NCBI GenBank assembly: GCA_963759065.1
Contig: CAVWYA010000010.1
Coordinates: 321,231 to 385,230, forward strand
Reading direction: 5' to 3'
Source of the DNA: an uncultured Actinomycetota bacterium
Lineage (GTDB): Bacteria > Actinomycetota > Actinomycetes > Propionibacteriales > Nocardioidaceae
Length of the DNA: 64,000 nt
The notes under the pieces are model-generated. The model was not told the origin of the DNA. It made no database searches and saw nothing but the letters and a program-made list of their open reading frames with translations. Of this stretch, positions 62,016 through 64,000 are shown piece by piece (position 1 is the stretch's first letter; each line of letters starts with the position of its first letter). The position numbers and the translations under genes were made by a program.

Positions 62016-63301
62016 CAGGCGGCTTTCCGGTCCGGCTGCTTCGCGACCAAGACGACACCGAGGAGGCGTGCCCCCGCCGCCCGGATGCGGTCGGCGTGCT
62101 GGCTCAGGGCGTTCGCCGAGACCGAGCCCTCCACCAGGGCGAGCACGATCGAGCTCTCCACCGCCATCGCGCGCGAGTCGTCGCAGACGTCGAGTGGCGG
62201 CCCGAGGACGACGACGTGCTCGAACGCCGTGGCAGCGGTCTCCATCACGCTCAGGAACCGCTGCTCGATCAGGTCGGGGACCTTCGTGTCGCCGTACGTC
62301 CCGGCGGGCAGCACCTCCAGCAGGTCCACCGGGCCGGGGCTCACCGCGGACCCGAGGTCGGCGCCGAGCAGCACGTCGTAGAGGCCCGGGGTGTCGGGGG
62401 CGTCCTCGGCCGGCGTGCCGAAGCGGTCACCCATCCGACCGTCGACCAGCAGCACCCGCTGGCCGGTGCCGGCGAGGGCGAGCGCGACGTTGGCGCCGAT
62501 CCAGACGTTCACGTCGCCGTGGGTGATGCCCGCCACGACCACGCGTGGCGACCCCGCCTCGGCCTGGGCCTCGAGGGCCAGCCTCAGATGTCGGAACAGG
62601 TCGGCGTCGCCGGTCCCCGGATGCAGGGCGGGCATGGACGTGAGGTCGCTGGGCGGCGTCAGGTGCGCGAGCAGCGGCGCGGTCGCGGCATCCTCGACCG
62701 CGGCCGCGTCGTCGACGGTGTGCGTTCGCCGGTCGCGCCAGACGGCGGCCGTCGTCGCCAGGCCGAGCGCCAGCAGCAGCCCGAGCCCGAGGGAGAACCG
62801 CAGGTCCGGGGAGCTGAAGCTCTGTGGTGGCTGGGCGTCGTCGCTGCTGGTGAGCACGAGCGAGCCGTCGAGCGAGGGTCCGGCCACGTCTTCGACCACA
62901 CCGCCGGCGACCAGGACCTCTGCCACCGCGTTGGCGATCGCCGCGGCGGTGTCGGGATCACGGTCCTCGACGGTGACGTCCACCAGGATCGTGCCTCGCA
63001 CCCAGTCGCCCCGGATCGACTGACGCAGCTCGGCCACGCTCCTGCGGGCCGGGATCCGTCGCCGGACCTCGTCGACGACCCCGCGCGAGCTGGCGAGCTC
63101 CGCCAGGGTCGCGCGCAGCGCGTCGGGCTCGTCGGTCTCGGCCGCACCCGACTCCTCGGCGGCGCTGATCGTGGCCGTGGCGGTGTACGTCTTCGGGGCA
63201 AGCAGGATCCCCGCCGCGACGGCAATGCCGGTGATCAACAGGATCAGCACGACAAGCGGTCGCTGGCGCCACAGCGCCACCCCCACGTCGCGCACGTCCA
63301 T
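62015..63301 (-). CDS. Wzz/Wzc-type chain-length regulator with degenerate BY-kinase domain
   Basis: TM-PKTYTA-periplasmic-TM architecture; the P-loop positions read THGDVNV, LLVDGRM, VVLGPP. Start may lie further upstream (up to 63484). Confidence 0.8.
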   Translation of the reverse strand: MDVRDVGVALWRQRPLVVLILLITGIAVAAGILLAPKTYTATATISAAEESGAAETDEPDALRATLAELASSRGVVDEVRRRIPARRSVAELRQSIRGDWVRGTILVDVTVEDRDPDTAAAIANAVAEVLVAGGVVEDVAGPSLDGSLVLTSSDDAQPPQSFSSPDLRFSLGLGLLLALGLATTAAVWRDRRTHTVDDAAAVEDAATAPLLAHLTPPSDLTSMPALHPGTGDADLFRHLRLALEAQAEAGSPRVVVAGITHGDVNVWIGANVALALAGTGQRVLLVDGRMGDRFGTPAEDAPDTPGLYDVLLGADLGSAVSPGPVDLLEVLPAGTYGDTKVPDLIEQRFLSVMETAATAFEHVVVLGPPLDVCDDSRAMAVESSIVLALVEGSVSANALSQHADRIRAAGARLLGVVLVAKQPDRKAA

Positions 63302-63493
63302 CGATGTCCCCACACTGCTCAGACGACCGGTGCCCAGACCCCCCTGAGACACCTGACCGTCGTGTGACGTCAGTATCCCCGTGCCGACGTCACCTACCCC
63401 ATTGCGGTAGCGCCCCCCATGCTGCGCGTAGGGCGCACCGCTACCGTGGCCATGGTTTCCGACGATCGACCCCCCGCGCCGCAAAATCCACCA

Positions 63494-64000
63494 TCACGCC
63501 ACCACCTGTCCAGACGACCCGTCGCCGATGTCACCACCGAAGATCGGGCGCCGGACCCGACCCGGACGGCCCAGCGCGAACGCCATCGCCGCCATGAACC
63601 ACAGGGGCAGCACGTGGGGCTCGGACTCGAGCAGCGAGGCGGTCAGCAGTCCGTCGATCGCCAGCAGGACGCCGGCGACCAGGCGCGAGCGGCCACGGAT
63701 CCAGCGTCGCCGGGCGGCCACGGCGGGGAGGATCCACACGGCGTACAGCGCCAGGACGCCGAGCACGCCCAGCTCGGCCGAGGTCTCGAGGACCGTGCTG
63801 TAGGCGGTGTCGAGGTCCTGCCCCCGGTCCTGACCGTCGTCCGCGCGGTAGTCCGGGTGGAACAGCGGGAACGCGCTGGGACCGAGGCCGACCACCGGGC
63901 TGGCCCTGGTCATCTCGAGCGCTGCCAGGCGCAAATCGTTCCGCTGGGCGATGTTGGTGTCGGAGTAGCGCTGCGGGTCGGTGAGGGCCTGCCCGATGGG
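63494..64000 (-). CDS. O-antigen ligase/Wzy_C-like membrane protein, C-terminal part (runs off the window)
   Basis: R..L...AL.M...P.VGLG...F pattern and ELG.LG; the usual HN motif reads AYS. Confidence 0.75.
   Translation of the reverse strand, partial: PIGQALTDPQRYSDTNIAQRNDLRLAALEMTRASPVVGLGPSAFPLFHPDYRADDGQDRGQDLDTAYSTVLETSAELGVLGVLALYAVWILPAVAARRRWIRGRSRLVAGVLLAIDGLLTASLLESEPHVLPLWFMAAMAFALGRPGRVRRPIFGGDIGDGSSGQVVA

Overview
64 kb of high-GC actinobacterial chromosome. Gene order and protein style suggest Nocardioides/Nocardioidaceae (inference). It carries the conserved core backbone dgt-dusB-glyQS-znuACB-zur-uppS-recO-leuA-era-ybeY-phoH-HIT-rsmE-dnaJ-hrcA-hemW, with accessory genes interspersed. 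I found no rRNA, tRNA, CRISPR array, transposase, integrase or prophage. Regulatory DNA readable from the sequence: two tandem Zur boxes, a CIRCE element, an IdeR/DmdR-type box, a leuA leucine attenuator with leader peptide, an ArsR operator, an ECF-sigma promoter, and many leaderless -10 boxes. Most notable observations: (1) a polar MITE/REP-like palindromic element present twice, plus three other intergenic palindrome types; (2) an exopolysaccharide locus whose priming transferase, BY-kinase and O-antigen-ligase-like protein all appear to have lost catalytic motifs; (3) an IdeR-type box 40 bp from CIRCE, in front of a DUF2470-like gene; (4) a lipoprotein with the complete copper-ligand set of PHM/DBH monooxygenases; (5) an ECF sigma followed by twin GerMN/Gmad2 proteins; (6) a hydrolase hiding one or two frameshifts; (7) a secreted-protein remnant in frame with a glycosyltransferase. 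All family assignments are by visual motif recognition; no database search was run.
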